A stretch of 63,921 bases of DNA, filler included, from Perkinsus chesapeaki ATCC PRA-425 (lineage: Eukaryota > Protista > Perkinsozoa), in the NCBI GenBank assembly GCA_013115145.1. It is 9 parts of 9 records of this genome, joined end to end, with 100 filler letters (N's around TTAATTAATTAA, not from the genome) between each part and the next. Parts side by side here need not be neighbours in the genome. Positions count along the whole stretch, not along the records: positions 40,560 to 57,618 come from JAAPAO010000690.1; positions 57,719 to 63,921 come from JAAPAO010001104.1; 7 more parts are not named here. One strand, 5' to 3'. Under the pieces are notes generated by a model. That model was given only the letters and a program-made list of their open reading frames with translations, had not been told where the DNA came from and did not search any database. A program made the position numbers and the translations under genes. How positions within the stretch are numbered: the stretch's first letter is position 1; every line of letters begins with the position of its first letter. Positions 45,568-57,976 of this stretch are shown here, piece by piece.

Positions 45568-46797
45568 ATGAATGCTGGACATTTAAGATACTTTTTATTC
45601 GAATGCCGATATAGAGTATTACTTACTAGAATACTACTAGCCCATCATTGCCCGCAGATCCTTGAGATTCGGCTCGTCCCTCCGCGCGCAGTTCTCATCA
45701 GTTTTAATGTATTTCCCCCACGAATGTCTCTTCAACTTCACCATTTACTTTCCTCGTTCAATCAGCTTTCTGCCGCTCTGCGGCCGACTCGGGTAGTCCT
45801 ACAAAATGCTTCTCGAGCTCTAGTAGAATTTTGTGGCGCTGCGGGAAATTTGAGTAACTCACTGGCGATCGTCGTAGACGCTTTTGACATTCTATCACGA
45901 CATCGGTATGTCGATACGGAGCTCGGTGAAACCGTCGGCAACTGGCTTTGCACGAATTACAGTGGAGCTTTGGAACCCGCCTGGATCGGCCATACCGTAA
46001 TGGTGGCGTACGCAGGGGCCAGCCTGCGTACGCAGGAGGCAGTGCTGGCATGGGTTGGGCAATGTCTGATGAGAAATGGAGCTTTGGAGGACTTGACGAT
46101 CGACGCGATCTGTGGGTTGACAGCGGCCTTGGCGAAAATGGATTATTTGAATTTTATGGTTTACGATAAGATTTTGGATGAAATAAATCGGCGGTGTGAA
46201 TCATTGACGGCGAAGCAGTACGCAGTTTTGTTGCATTCGATGGCATCTGTTGGGTATAGAAGGAGCAATGCTCTCCCAAAAATTGGAGATTTGTCGCTGC
46301 TTGGGGCGCGAGAGGTGTCATCGGTTATGTGGGCGAATGCTACGTTAGAATGGAAATGTGATGAACATATCGAAGGAATCGGTATGGAGTTATGCCGGCG
46401 GGAAGAAGGCGAGTTGACTGGTATTGATGTTAATAATATTATTACTGCTCTGGCTTACGGGCGTGGAATTTCTGATAGAAAAAACGTATTTTGGGCGATC
46501 CGATGTTCCTTGGGGAGAACATATAGGCCGACGCCAGCTTATGCTCGGCAGCTCTCCGCACTGCTGGCGCAGTATCCGGAGGTTTTGGTTGAATTTAGCA
46601 TTCGTGAACTTGGCAGAATAAATGGTGCATTGGATAGTTATCACGGCGCTAAAGGTGAGGTTAAGTCTAGTAAGATGGAAATGACTGTTTTGGAATCTTT
46701 GGCTAAAATTGCGCACTGTGAAGGTTTTCTAATTGATGATAATAATTGTGATGTTGGATGGTATACTGTTGATGTTGTTATTGTTAATGTTTCTTGA
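45568..46797 (+). CDS. Helical-repeat protein ending in a partial RAP domain (paralog 2, intronless)
   Basis: Collinear paralog of the preceding gene (AICGLTAALAKMDY; QYAVLLHSMASVGY; EVSSVMWANATLEW; DVNNIITALAY; EMTVLESL...GWYTVDVVI*). Likely ATG at 45724. Confidence 0.75.
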   Translation: MNAGHLRYFLFECRYRVLLTRILLAHHCPQILEIRLVPPRAVLISFNVFPPRMSLQLHHLLSSFNQLSAALRPTRVVLQNASRALVEFCGAAGNLSNSLAIVVDAFDILSRHRYVDTELGETVGNWLCTNYSGALEPAWIGHTVMVAYAGASLRTQEAVLAWVGQCLMRNGALEDLTIDAICGLTAALAKMDYLNFMVYDKILDEINRRCESLTAKQYAVLLHSMASVGYRRSNALPKIGDLSLLGAREVSSVMWANATLEWKCDEHIEGIGMELCRREEGELTGIDVNNIITALAYGRGISDRKNVFWAIRCSLGRTYRPTPAYARQLSALLAQYPEVLVEFSIRELGRINGALDSYHGAKGEVKSSKMEMTVLESLAKIAHCEGFLIDDNNCDVGWYTVDVVIVNVS

Positions 46798-47264
46798 ACT
46801 TGTGAAGTCATTTCGCGTTGAGTCTATAAATACATATTCACCAAATCAATCCGAGAGAGTTGTGGCATCTCCGCTACGTTGAGCTTCCCTTTCACTTGCT
46901 CAGCTGAAGTCATCATCCCAGGTGTGGTGGAAAAGTGTCAAGTCCCTTGAGAAGACCATCTCCTCAGTAATATGTAAGCAACTGCAATGACCAGTGGTAA
47001 TGCGCGGAGGACCAGCAGGTGTCTCCATTTAAGAGATATAGTAGGAAGTTTGGGGTGAAATCCTTTCTGTAAAGGAACAATCCTTCCGTGTTGAACACTT
47101 CAATGGCTATATCTCGAAATGCTGTCCAATCCAGCACCGGTCGTCATTTGGTTCACCTCCCGCTTGAAGGCTGTAGCCTCATAGTAGTTTGTTCCATGTT
47201 ATAATGTCAGCTGATCCTTCCAGCTGTTCCGTCTGTTGCTTTCCTTTTGATGATAAAGATAGAT

Positions 47265-47306
47265 TGCCGATGGTGAGGATCGAACCCACGACCTTTTGCA
47301 TACAAG
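47265..47306 (-). pseudogene. 3' half of tRNA-Thr(UGU)
   Basis: The minus strand reads CTTGTAT (anticodon loop, TGT) GCAAA AGGTC GTGGG TTCGATC CTCAC CATCGGC A, i.e. anticodon 3' stem, variable loop, complete T arm, acceptor 3' strand and discriminator. The complementary 5' half (GCCGATG...TTTGC) was not found nearby. Confidence 0.8.
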
Positions 47307-47473
47307 TGTGGCTATGGTCAGACGCTTGGCATGTGCGGCCATACCTACTGTCGAGAATGCGTGATTAAACTGGTGGAATCTGGTTGCGTATCGAATGTTG
47401 GTTGTTGGGACCCCATCAGTGGGCCAGCTCAGTGCCCTGAGTGTCGCATATGGTCAGAACCGATGTGCATAAA
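47307..47473 (+). CDS. C3HC4 RING-finger exon
   Basis: CGYGQTLGMCGHTYCRECVIKL...QCPECRIW contains CxHxxCxxC...CxxC. It is bounded by AG (47305-47306) and GTAAGT (47474). Confidence 0.75.
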
Positions 47474-48869
47474 GTAAGTTCTGTTGAACAACAATTGGTA
47501 GAGATGCTGACTTGTGTAGTTTTCATCACGCTCAAAATGTTGGCTTTCGCCGCACTTTTGGTGGAATGTTGTTCTAGAACATGACTACTCATCGTCGATT
47601 TATGTATCTATTCCATCCATTTTTATCCGTTAATGTGTCATCCGATGAAGTGAATATTTCGTCGTCTTGAAACTAGCATCACTGGCTTCCTGCATATGAT
47701 AGCTTTTAACCTTTTCACCACTGCGTTATTCCATTAAAAGTATAATGTATAGTATAATATTAAGTATGTTCTCTGAAAGCCTCTGTCAGACCTAATCGTA
47801 TTTTAATTGGTAACGATAAGGTTATCATCAGTCATAGTGATACCTCCACTGCAGAATCGACAACAACTAAAACACCACAGCCATCCAAAGGTAGCATTAT
47901 ATCATTAAACATGTGGAGGAGGATGAAGAACTAAATAGTATTTAGTAAACAACACTTGCTTTTATAACATTTTATTTTTATTCGGTAAATAAAATTGACT
48001 TGGTGTGGCCCTGAAGTGATGGTAGCGCTTTCAAGTTGTGATTTTTCTTTGTCATTTATACGAGTGTTATAGCGCTTTCGTGAGTGCAATATTGTAGGGC
48101 TTGTTCGGTTCGTAACGTATTATTAAAGTCATCGTAGATTTCGATTAGTCTCGTTTATTAGGCCGATCGTCTGTGATGGGAAATGATGATAAAATTAATG
48201 ATAAGAAAGTGGGTTGGGAGGTTTATACGCGAGAAGAGCCACGACCGATGGGTCTGGAGGAAGGGCCATTTGGAAGATGTAATGAAGCCAAATCGATCGC
48301 CTGATCGATTTTATTTAGGTACCTTCCCGACCCAGAGGAACCCTCGTCTTCATACGTCTTCGTAAGGTGGCGGATGAATCCCATCTGCGTCTTTTTTGCT
48401 GCTGCATGTTTCATTGAATAGTTTTTATTGCCGGTACGGTAGTAGGAGCACATTCAGCTAAGCATCCTAAGCCGGAATATATATTATAAAATAATGTGGT
48501 CGAGGATACGTTGATAATATAATTTAGAAGATACCGTTGAAAGTGCTTTTATTAGAGAGAGCGAAGTCTGAGGGCTAACGAATGGGGTGAATTTTATTTC
48601 CTCGAGCCCGAATTATTTTAGTAATAGATACTTCTGCAGTGTTGGGACTTGTCAGTCTTCCTTGCTTGGGACTCACTACTTCTTGCTGTTGTAATCGACG
48701 TAGATGATACGTTGTTCATTGCTGAGACACCCTAAAATCGACCGGAATTTGGTCAAATTCTGCCAGGCCTGGCCTTGCCAACAGTAGCAGAGCAAATTCA
48801 TCATCTATTCCAACGCTGCGTAGTGAGTATCATCATCATCCTTGTTGAACGATAGGTCTACGATGGACA

Positions 48870-51800
48870 CAAGAGGAGGAGGAGCAACAACGCCGAGTAA
48901 TCGCAGCAGCACAACAAGTGAAGGCGCAACCTGGGGAGGAGGTATGATATTACAGTGTCATTGCAATAGCTCGATAAGCAGGTAAGAGTAAGAAGACGAC
49001 CACTGAAGGGAATGTATGGAGTAATCCTTGGTGGGCCGCCTCAACATCCACATCATCACCAGACAGCAAGGCTCCTGCTGGTCGGGCTGCTAGTGGAGGA
49101 GATAGTAAGTATGATAGTCGGTAGTTTATTTTGAAAATAATGTAGAGATAGCAGCTGGTTGAGTAAATATTACAATAGTAGATAATCTGATTCATCATGT
49201 CATATGTGTAGAAATTACATATCTTGATTATATAAATTATATAATTTTATATAGGATATTTACAATGTACTATTTCACCTTGGTATGGCCTGCTGAATTA
49301 TTGTATAGGTGGTGTAAGCTGGTTGGAGGCAGCAAGAAGAGAAGGAAACATTCCAATGAATATCTATCATTGTGCTGGCAGCAGCAGCGGTGAAGAGGAA
49401 GATAGGGAGCATGAGACTGCGGCTGAGACACCTCCGTTACCGAGTAGGATACCCATTCCGGAAAGTTTGCTGGCTCGCAAACCGTCAAGTGGGAATGAGA
49501 ACGAATGGCAGTCTCGATGGGGAAGGGAAGAAGAGGCAGATAGTCCAAGCAGACGATACTGGGATGAAGGAGAATTAAGTGGCGCGCGGTCGGAGGGAGT
49601 GAAGTGGACACCGGTAACGGTAGCGACTCCTCGGGATCTTCCAACGGTAAGCATGGTCCATGGGTGAAGTAAATCTGATCTGAGGCTTCCTTATTTGGCT
49701 AGTTCTCTTCGGTGTTATATAGGATACACTCGCACAGTTCGGAGAGTAGCTACTTGCAATCGATATGATTCAAATATTTTCACAAAGTATCTTTTGTGGC
49801 AACCCGCGAAGTTCAACGGTAACGTGCTTCAATAGAAGCAATTCTAAATTATTGAAGACGTGATTGACTACTAACAGGGTTTTGGTTATTCATACACCAT
49901 TTAGCCTCCTCCTCCTACTACTCCACCTCCTACTACTCCACAGCCTCCACAGCCCAATCAGCAAAGGATACTTCCACCTAAACCAAAGTGTAGGGCACCG
50001 ACATTAGCCGACCTGGAGAGGAAAAAGGTGAGGGAGATTTGGGAGCAGTTTCTGTAGGATGTTTTGTAGGTGTGGCGACGATAAGCGTGTTGTCGTAAGT
50101 TGACTGGCGTAGTACATGATGATTGGTTTCTCATTACTAAATGATGTTGTTTTATTATTACTCTGATAATGGTAGGTTAAGTTATCACCATTCTTTATGG
50201 TTGACCTCGACATCGAATGTTGTGCTATTTGTTTTGATACTTACGATGCTGGGATGCGGGCTCCGATGGTGGGTGTCCTAACCCGGGCTAAGGCGGCGGT
50301 GTTGGAGTTTCCTCACCGGAACAGTACAATAGATACAATCAATTGCGAATGACTGTCATCGGGTTTGAATGACAGCTCGAGCGTTTTGTCCAAGTTGGAC
50401 TGCGAGATTCGGCTATAATTTTGGGAAGATTTTTCAGACGTTTTTCCCTTGTAGGCGACTTTGGCAGCAGCTCCTCGCCCTATCTGTTGTTTGTTCGTGT
50501 CCCTTTATTCCGTGTGTGACTTGTCAACGTTGAAAACGTCAAGTACTAACGCTGTCCACGACATTGTAATTCTTTTACTACTGAGTCATTGCCCCGTACA
50601 CTTTATGTGTGAAATCCTGTTCCTCGAAGTCATCATTTGACAGATGTTATTGGTAGGTGCTGGGTCGATGCGGCCACACTTACTGTCGTAATTGTCTAAA
50701 TAGTATGATGACACGGTCTTGTGAGGCACGTATCCGATGCCCGGAATGCCAAAGGGAGAGTGATGAAGCATGCATAGTGTAGGTATATAGGGGATCAACT
50801 GCTGCTGCTGTTGTCATAGTCATTCAGGCCGAATAGACTTTTGATGAGGCAGATGCCGACCACTCGTGATTGTCGAGCAGCCGCCGCTATCCCAGATGAT
50901 GATTGTGTGGATGATGCTGCCTTGGCTGAGATACTTCAAATGGAGGAGAATGGTACGTTACTGAGCTTTACCAACCGATAAGGCTCTCCTACTATGCAGG
51001 TATAACGGAAAACTTTCCCGCCAGTCCTTCCGTTGGACAAACTGATCCGTGGGGGTTGCGAGCACCGGAGCACATCAGCGCATCCCATTCCGGCCGGGGT
51101 GAGGAGGCGTTTAATGAGAGTAAGTTGGCTAATGCGCTAACGACACTGGTCTACTGCTAGTCACCGTGCGTCTCAGACGTTTAATATACTTCGGGTTTGA
51201 TATCATCATGGGTGCTTTTCCCCCCTGGGGTGGGATTACTGGGCCTTGATGAGCTGTTGAAAATTCTGATTTACATCGCTGATCTCGATTCTGAAGTGAT
51301 GGTATTTATGATGTATAATTTATCAGATTCCTTTCAATGTGCTGCTGTTGCACCATTCCCGCCACGAACTACATTCGAGCCCGAAGCTGAGGAAGCAGCT
51401 GGTGGCAGTTCACCTATACCATATGAAATCTTCCCGACTGCTGTCCCCCAATTCCCTGTTACTACAACTGCTAAAGTGGTTATCCCTCCTACTGAAGGTA
51501 TAGGTGAAGCTGATTGGGGAGTAGGCAGTCGATGGGGCGAACCAAGACGTGTGGTCGCATCAACCCAGCAGCTAGCTGTTGGAAATGGTGGCAGTAGTTC
51601 TAGCAGCACTGCTGGCAATAGGGCTACTGGATCAGCATCTTCATCGGCTCGTGAAGAACTGAATGCTATATGGGAAGATTGGTGGAAGGACATATCAAAC
51701 AGTAAGTGGGTTGTGCTCGCTCGAACTGCTATTGTTGCTGGTCTCATTGGTCGTATTACCACGCACACACCCTGGCCGAGTGACTCGGTATATATTATAT

Positions 51801-52400
51801 TAATAAGTCAGGGCAGAAGATATTGGTCATTTCTGTTATCGTTCAGTAACGGTCAGACTCTCGGGATTCATTTCCTCGCGCTTCAGGTGGATGTGATTGG
51901 TTATACGAGGCTCGGCGGAAAGGGAACATACCTCTGAACATCTGTGGTATTGGTACCTCTTCAACACGAGACACAACTCCAAGCCCGCCCGTATCAGCGG
52001 AGCCTTGGGGATCGCTACAGTACAACAGTCCCTTGTACCTACCACCGGTCTCTGATGAGGAGCAGCCTAATCCGCCCCCGGCTGTGGCTCTGTTGCCGCC
52101 TCGCCCTACCCATATTCCGCCACCTTCATTACCAGGGGTGACATGTGAAACACCGGCACCTCGAGTGTTACCGTTGTTGCCCCAAGTCATTCCTCCGGCG
52201 ATGCCGGTACTCCCCGATATAAATGCGCAGCGATTGCCAGCCGATGAATCACACTACCTTCCACCTCGCCCTAATCATCCCCCTGTCATCGGTACAAGTA
52301 GCCGGGGAGGATCCGCACCGAACGGAGCTCGACGGGTTTATCCAGCACATAGAGGAAAGCTCGCAATGATGGTAATACTAAAACATCAGTCTAGATAGTA
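48870..52400 (+). CDS. Hypothetical multi-exon gene(s) with a duplicated WxxxARRxGNIPxNI module
   Basis: Pro/Ser-rich exons. WLEAARREGNIPMNI at 49320-49364 and WLYEARRKGNIPLNI at 51898-51942. UIM-like DDAALAEILQMEE near 50910-50950. Confidence 0.4.
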
Positions 52401-54564
52401 TCTAGTAGATACTCTTGGATGGAACGTGGATCGAGTAGTGCATTCATGTGTCTCATCGTACCGTCATTCTGCAGTTGGCTAGATGTAGATATTGGCGCTG
52501 ATTCAGCCGCTGATCTCACGTTCGCAACAATACTGCGATATATGTCGTGTGATATCTGACGATCCAATTTGCTTCTGCAGTGCCCTCGTTGGAGTTTTAA
52601 TTCTCAGGCCTCGAATTTGAACAGCAGCTCTTCATCCTCCAGTCGCATTAGTGTTACAGGGAATCCAGTACCGCCAGCGGTTCGCCCGGTAACTTTATTA
52701 GCGTGTTCTCTATGACTTCACTTCTCAACTCGGAATTCTGATCTGGGCTGGTTCCATTTATTCCTTCCTAAATATAATGGTTATAAAATATGATAAAAAT
52801 CCTCTGTACACTGCAGCACCTTATTGCTACTTACCGGTCGGCATCTAATGCATGGCGTTCCGTCGGAATGACTCCGAAGCAGAAAAAAAACGTCATAAGC
52901 GACGATTTGTCCTTTCAGGCCGAAAGTCGCAATCAAGAGAAGGGGAAGCTACCACCGAAGCCAACGAGGCCGCCACCGTAACCAGCCATAACCTGAGTAT
53001 CGACCGTAATGGTCAATCGATCGATAATCGATGATGATTACTCCAGTAACTGGAGGTCAGTCATGTAGATATTTACAATGTACTCATGATATAAGTTTTT
53101 GTGATTTCTTTCTCCGAGCTAGTGCAAGTTCAGATTTGTAGTCTATACAATATCAATATTGATCTCTGGTTGCAAGACTCCGGTGCCAGGTCGTGGTGCC
53201 TCATTGGCAGTGCCGATTTGGCACGAGGCACAGTGGCAGCGGCCAGGGCATAGCGGAACGCATTTCCCCGATTAGTGAGAGGCATTCGTGGATCGGATCC
53301 ACTTCATCCGTAATTCCGTAATGATCCGATTGAAATGGTTTCAAAGTGCCGCTGAAGGGCTATTAGACTCTAACAATTAGATAAACTAATGCTGAGCTAC
53401 TCAGTGATTATCGTTGAAATTGGGGATTTTTCGTGAATTTTTCATGGTTTCACTCAAGTAACATTAGAATGCGAGAATACATGAGCACAATCGTTAGAGG
53501 TAGAGAATGAGTCCTAGATAAGGGCTCATTTCCAGTGTCATACTGGGCAGTTTTTTATTGTTAATTCCTATCGGTTGCCAGCAGCAGCCCGTTCCAGAGC
53601 GGCATCGTAAAAGGCTTGCTGCAATCGAAACTGAGTTTAGCAAAGGTAAGAGTGCCGCTGCGTACATCTGAACCAGAATCCCGTGAGTCACTCTGTAGGC
53701 AATAGATCAATACTCATGGAGCCAATGCTGATGAAATGACTTGAGAAGTCCAGCGATTAAGTATTAGAAAAGTCTTCAATTGGCCACTAGTAGTGGCCCA
53801 CTGGGGTGGGTAAGCTGTGGTTTCGTTTGTGTCGAGCGATTCGTCATGATCAGACGTAGCAGCTCATTGCTGGTTAATAATCTCTTATAATCGTCAGCAA
53901 GACCACTGTACGAAGCGCCAGGTGTTCAAGTTGGCAGGCAGATACGTCGAGATTTCCGGCGAGGTGAACGAGAGCCTGGCTCGAGCTCACGCGGATTGTG
54001 CCCGGGTTCTGGCAAGCGGGGTGGCGGCTTGTCAGCATTGTTACGAGAGGCGAGCACCCTCCCGACTCGGGGGCCCCAAGGGTAATTAACAGTCTAGGTT
54101 CTGACAGCACTGAGGACTTCCATCATTCGCCACGCTTAGATATTCTTGGAAATGTTGAGCATCTGTAGCGGAATATATTAACTGTGCGGCGGTTAAATTA
54201 TGGGCCGTAATTTTAAATTACTAATTTGCAATTTTTCATATAGTAGTTAGATTATGTTGGGTCATTCAACTCAGATACCAGCCGCCATAACCTGAGTATC
54301 GACCGTAATGATCATCTACTTTTGGAGAAGGGAGGCTGGCAATGGTGACCACTTCGTGAGGCGATTTGCTCTAGCATGGATGCATGAATCCGACCAGCGA
54401 CATTACTTTTAATTCCTCATAAAACGTCCAACTGCCATGAAAGGCTATGTTCCCGTTTCATTCTAGCGTCTAATACTTATCGTATTTTGTTACCATCTTT
54501 CTAAGAGTCTCTAAGGGGCCTGACTGGCTCCTAATTGTATAATTTAGCCAATTTGTTCACTTCC

Positions 54565-57491
54565 ATGACAGCAGCCTCGGTTGATGGCCCTATAAACCTC
54601 ATCTCCAGCCCCGAGGACTCTCCCATGGAGGAGGTTCCGTCTCCACGTATAAACGGCGGTAACCTTCCTATGCGAGACCAAGCAACAAGTACCACCCCAT
54701 CTAGGGGCAAAGTGAGCTTTAAGGCGAGAAACTGAACTGATGGCCGCCGAGTGGTTAGGTTCTTCCCGACACACCGCAAACTCGGAATTCTTTGTCGCGG
54801 ACCTTCGAGGGCGCTCTGTTTGTCGGGCAGCTGGTATGGGTGGAGAGTTCAAATGTAATGTGAACCTGAGAAGCCCCCCAAAACGTTGTGTAACTGAATA
54901 GGTTTTTCTGCTGTCCCAAACCCCCCAAAATTCAGAGTCAGAAGGTCGACTGCTGGGGGAGGTGATCGATGTATTGAAATCTCCATCACAAGGAGATGAG
55001 TTTTTGTACTATGTTTTGCTCTACAACAAAGGAATGCACTTTTCCGACTGGTACCAGTTCTTTTAATCCTCGATTGGGTAGGATATCCATCAGGTACAAT
55101 AGCAGCGATGTTGTCGCCCTCACGCCCGAGGAGATTTCGAACCATCGGATACTAGATGGGGAAGCATCTCAAGAAACGGAACAAACTCCAATGAACGACT
55201 CTGTCTCTACTATCGGTAAGATCGCAAAAGGTTGTCTCAACTTCAGTTGTCTACATTACAGGCTCTTAACTGAGCAACCATTACATAAACCATCACATTA
55301 GTTTTTCCAAAGAAACTTCTTTGGAAAAGCGAAGGGAAAGTTTTTTCTCGAAAAAAAAACTCAACTTTTTTCTCGAACTTCCTTTTCTCGAATTTCAATC
55401 TTTAAGGTAATTCAAAGGCAAAGTATTAGATAACGAATACAATGACATATTGGTAGCAGCCATTATATTTTGGTGATTTTGTTGTTGTTTTCTATCTCTT
55501 CACACCAGTTGTTATTTCTGTTATGAAATTGAAACTATTTTGCGCTATCAGATATGGATAGCGGTATGTCTCATATCGGTACAGCTCCCAACACACCAAG
55601 AATACAGCCTTCTAGAGGGCCATCGTCGGAATCCATTGGGACAGATGAGAAATATTGGGAACGACAGTAAGGCGATTTATTAGTGTGTTGCACAACTCGT
55701 GCTATCCACCGATTATCAATATAAGCGGATTTTGGTATCTCTGGTATCCGAGTTCCAAAGCAGAAGGACTAAGTTGATATTAGCACTGAAATGGCGAGCA
55801 GGAATGACTATGTTACATGAACTTAATCGGACCAATTTATTACTCCTCACATTTTGGACACCAGTAGAAAGTCTGGTCAAGCGATGACAACAAAACGAAA
55901 AATATAGCAATGTGGTGTGCACATCACCAATGACTGTGTCCCATACAGGCTGCCAGTAGTCGTCCTTCTCACACCTTTCACAGCAGAATGCATGCTACGT
56001 GTTTTCAGGTACGGTAGAAAACATAACGAACAATTTTACATAGCGAGTCATCGGATAAATTTGGAGAAAGCTAAAGCAAGGGTTAAGAATATCCGGTTTG
56101 TTAAAGTCGGTCAGGATCCTCCGATATACACCTGGTACGGCTGTGGTGGTGTCTAGTTCACCGTATGCTCTCGAAGGTTCTATTCGCCGTACCCTCCCGA
56201 AGTAGTTGGTCGGTTGCATCTACAGCCAGGTGATACTAGAGATGATCCTTCCACTCAATTGGATATTTGCAAAGGATGCTTTATGCCATTTGGCGATGAA
56301 ACTGAGATGTAAGGTCCGACACATCTTCCATCCATTGATGATATTATCATTAAGTCAGTATTCTATTTAGGGTACTCTAAAATATAGTATTGACTTAGTG
56401 AGCATTATACTGATTATAGTGTGTATTGTATAATAGTTATATATTAAAGAGCTTGGCTTTACCAGGCTTAGCCTTCCAAAACCGAAACTGTTTCGGATTC
56501 TGAGTATCCATAAAGTATATTAAGATCGCATTTACCCCCGCTGCCTCATCAGGTTCTGCCATATGGCAAACTGTAATGTGAATAACCCTCCTGGTGAGTT
56601 ACCCGTCCTTTACAGTTGCCGAGCATGCTTCTTCTTCTTTTAACAGGTCGACTTATTTGGCGTAAAGTGTTCGAAGATCATGTGTTGGGTGTAGTTGAAG
56701 TTGATGGTCAATCCAATGACACTTATTGCGAGAATCTTGTTCTCTTTACTAAGCTGTTTCTCGAAGTGAGGTCGAGGAAAGCCCGGCTTAAGTGGATCTT
56801 TAGCACTTCAACTTGACTGCTCTCAGTCCTATCATTTTTCAGGGCAAAAGTCTATCAGAGCACGTTACCAATCGGAGAGAGTTGGTGAAGTCCTTCTGGT
56901 TCTACATGTTAGTCCAATGGGACTATCCAGAGGAGGTGCTGCTGCTGCACGGCAGGGATGCATGCAACTGAATTCTCAGGTTCCTACGTCCCCGACTATG
57001 ATGCCGATATCTTCCAGGCCACCACACTTTGTCGGTTATTTCTCCAAAGAAAAAGTTGATCGTCAATTTTCCCACATACTGTCTTGTATAATGGTGCTGC
57101 CGACCTACCAACGTCATGGTTATGGGAAGTTCCTTGTGAACTTGGCATTTGAACTCAGTGACAGGGAAAACAGGTCAGTTCGATAAAGATACTCATCTGA
57201 AGGATAACTGTATCGTCTTGAATATATTAATAATTATTGTCCATTATGTATTACATATCTACTTGCCTTATTACTAATAATATGATATCAATCTTTTCGT
57301 GGTGTTCCGTACAAGTGTTTCAACTTTATAATCGACCAACCTCTACTTGGTGTCTGCCGCCGCCGCCCACTCACTCTCCCCCGTATTTCAGACATGGTAG
57401 CGCAGAAAGGCCGTTCTCTCCAAGTGGACATATACTATTACATGCAGTGTGGGCACGAAGGATATTGGAATATCTAAACAAGACTAGGTGA
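54565..57491 (+). CDS. MYST-family histone acetyltransferase, multi-exon, 3'-truncated
   Basis: RVKNIRFVKVG....YTWY, C2HC-like LDICKGCF...HMANCNVNNPPG, EVDGQSNDTYCENLVLFTKLFLE, HFVGYFSKEK, LSCIMVLPTYQRHGYGKFLVNLAFELS, GSAERPFS. Segments 56050-57491 are well supported; the 5' exons are inferred. Confidence 0.88.
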
Positions 57492-57533
57492 GCCTAGAAG
57501 ATGCTCTAGAATGATAATAGTATTATACAGTAT

Positions 57534-57618
57534 TATTATTATTAAAGTAGTATTATTATTAAAGTAGTATTATTATTAAAGTAGTATTATTATTAAAGTA
57601 GTATTATTATTAAAGTAG
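57534..57618. repeat. 17-bp tandem repeat (TATTATTATTAAAGTAG)x5, running into scaffold end
   Basis: Five exact copies in the intron after the last visible MYST exon. Confidence 0.95.
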
Positions 57619-57718
57619 NNNNNNNNNNNNNNNNNNNNNNNNNNNNNNNNNNNNNNNNNNNNTTAATTAATTAANNNNNNNNNNNNNNNNNNNNNNNNNN
57701 NNNNNNNNNNNNNNNNNN
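57619..57718. other. Artificial scaffold spacer
   Basis: N44-TTAATTAATTAA-N44. Confidence 0.98.
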
Positions 57719-57976
57719 TCGTCAACTATGCAACCCACCCCAGACCCCTCCCCAAACCACCCCGTCCCCTCCCTACCTATCAGGGAGGGGAGAGAGCAAG
57801 AGCGGGGGGTGAATCAACCCTTTCGGGGAGGGGAATATCGCCTGTATGAAGCACTGTCGTTAAGTCTAGTGTCGTGATAGGTGTTAACGCTTTCTTATCA
57901 CAATACCTATCAGCTTTATTGAGGGTAATTGCGTTTGGTACGACCAGCGCACTGCTACATTTTTCACCTATCCCAG

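Noticed and set aside
47265-47290. tRNA-complementary sequence as an LTR-retrotransposon primer-binding site
   Set aside because: It has no TGG complement of CCA, the match extends 42 nt to the anticodon loop, and no LTR or gag/pol is adjacent.
10118-57718. TTAATTAATTAA motifs as biological sites, and gene clusters spanning them (e.g. chitinase next to the retroelement, retroelement next to DNMT2)
   Set aside because: The eight identical 100-bp N-linker blocks are assembly spacers, so adjacency across them carries no information.
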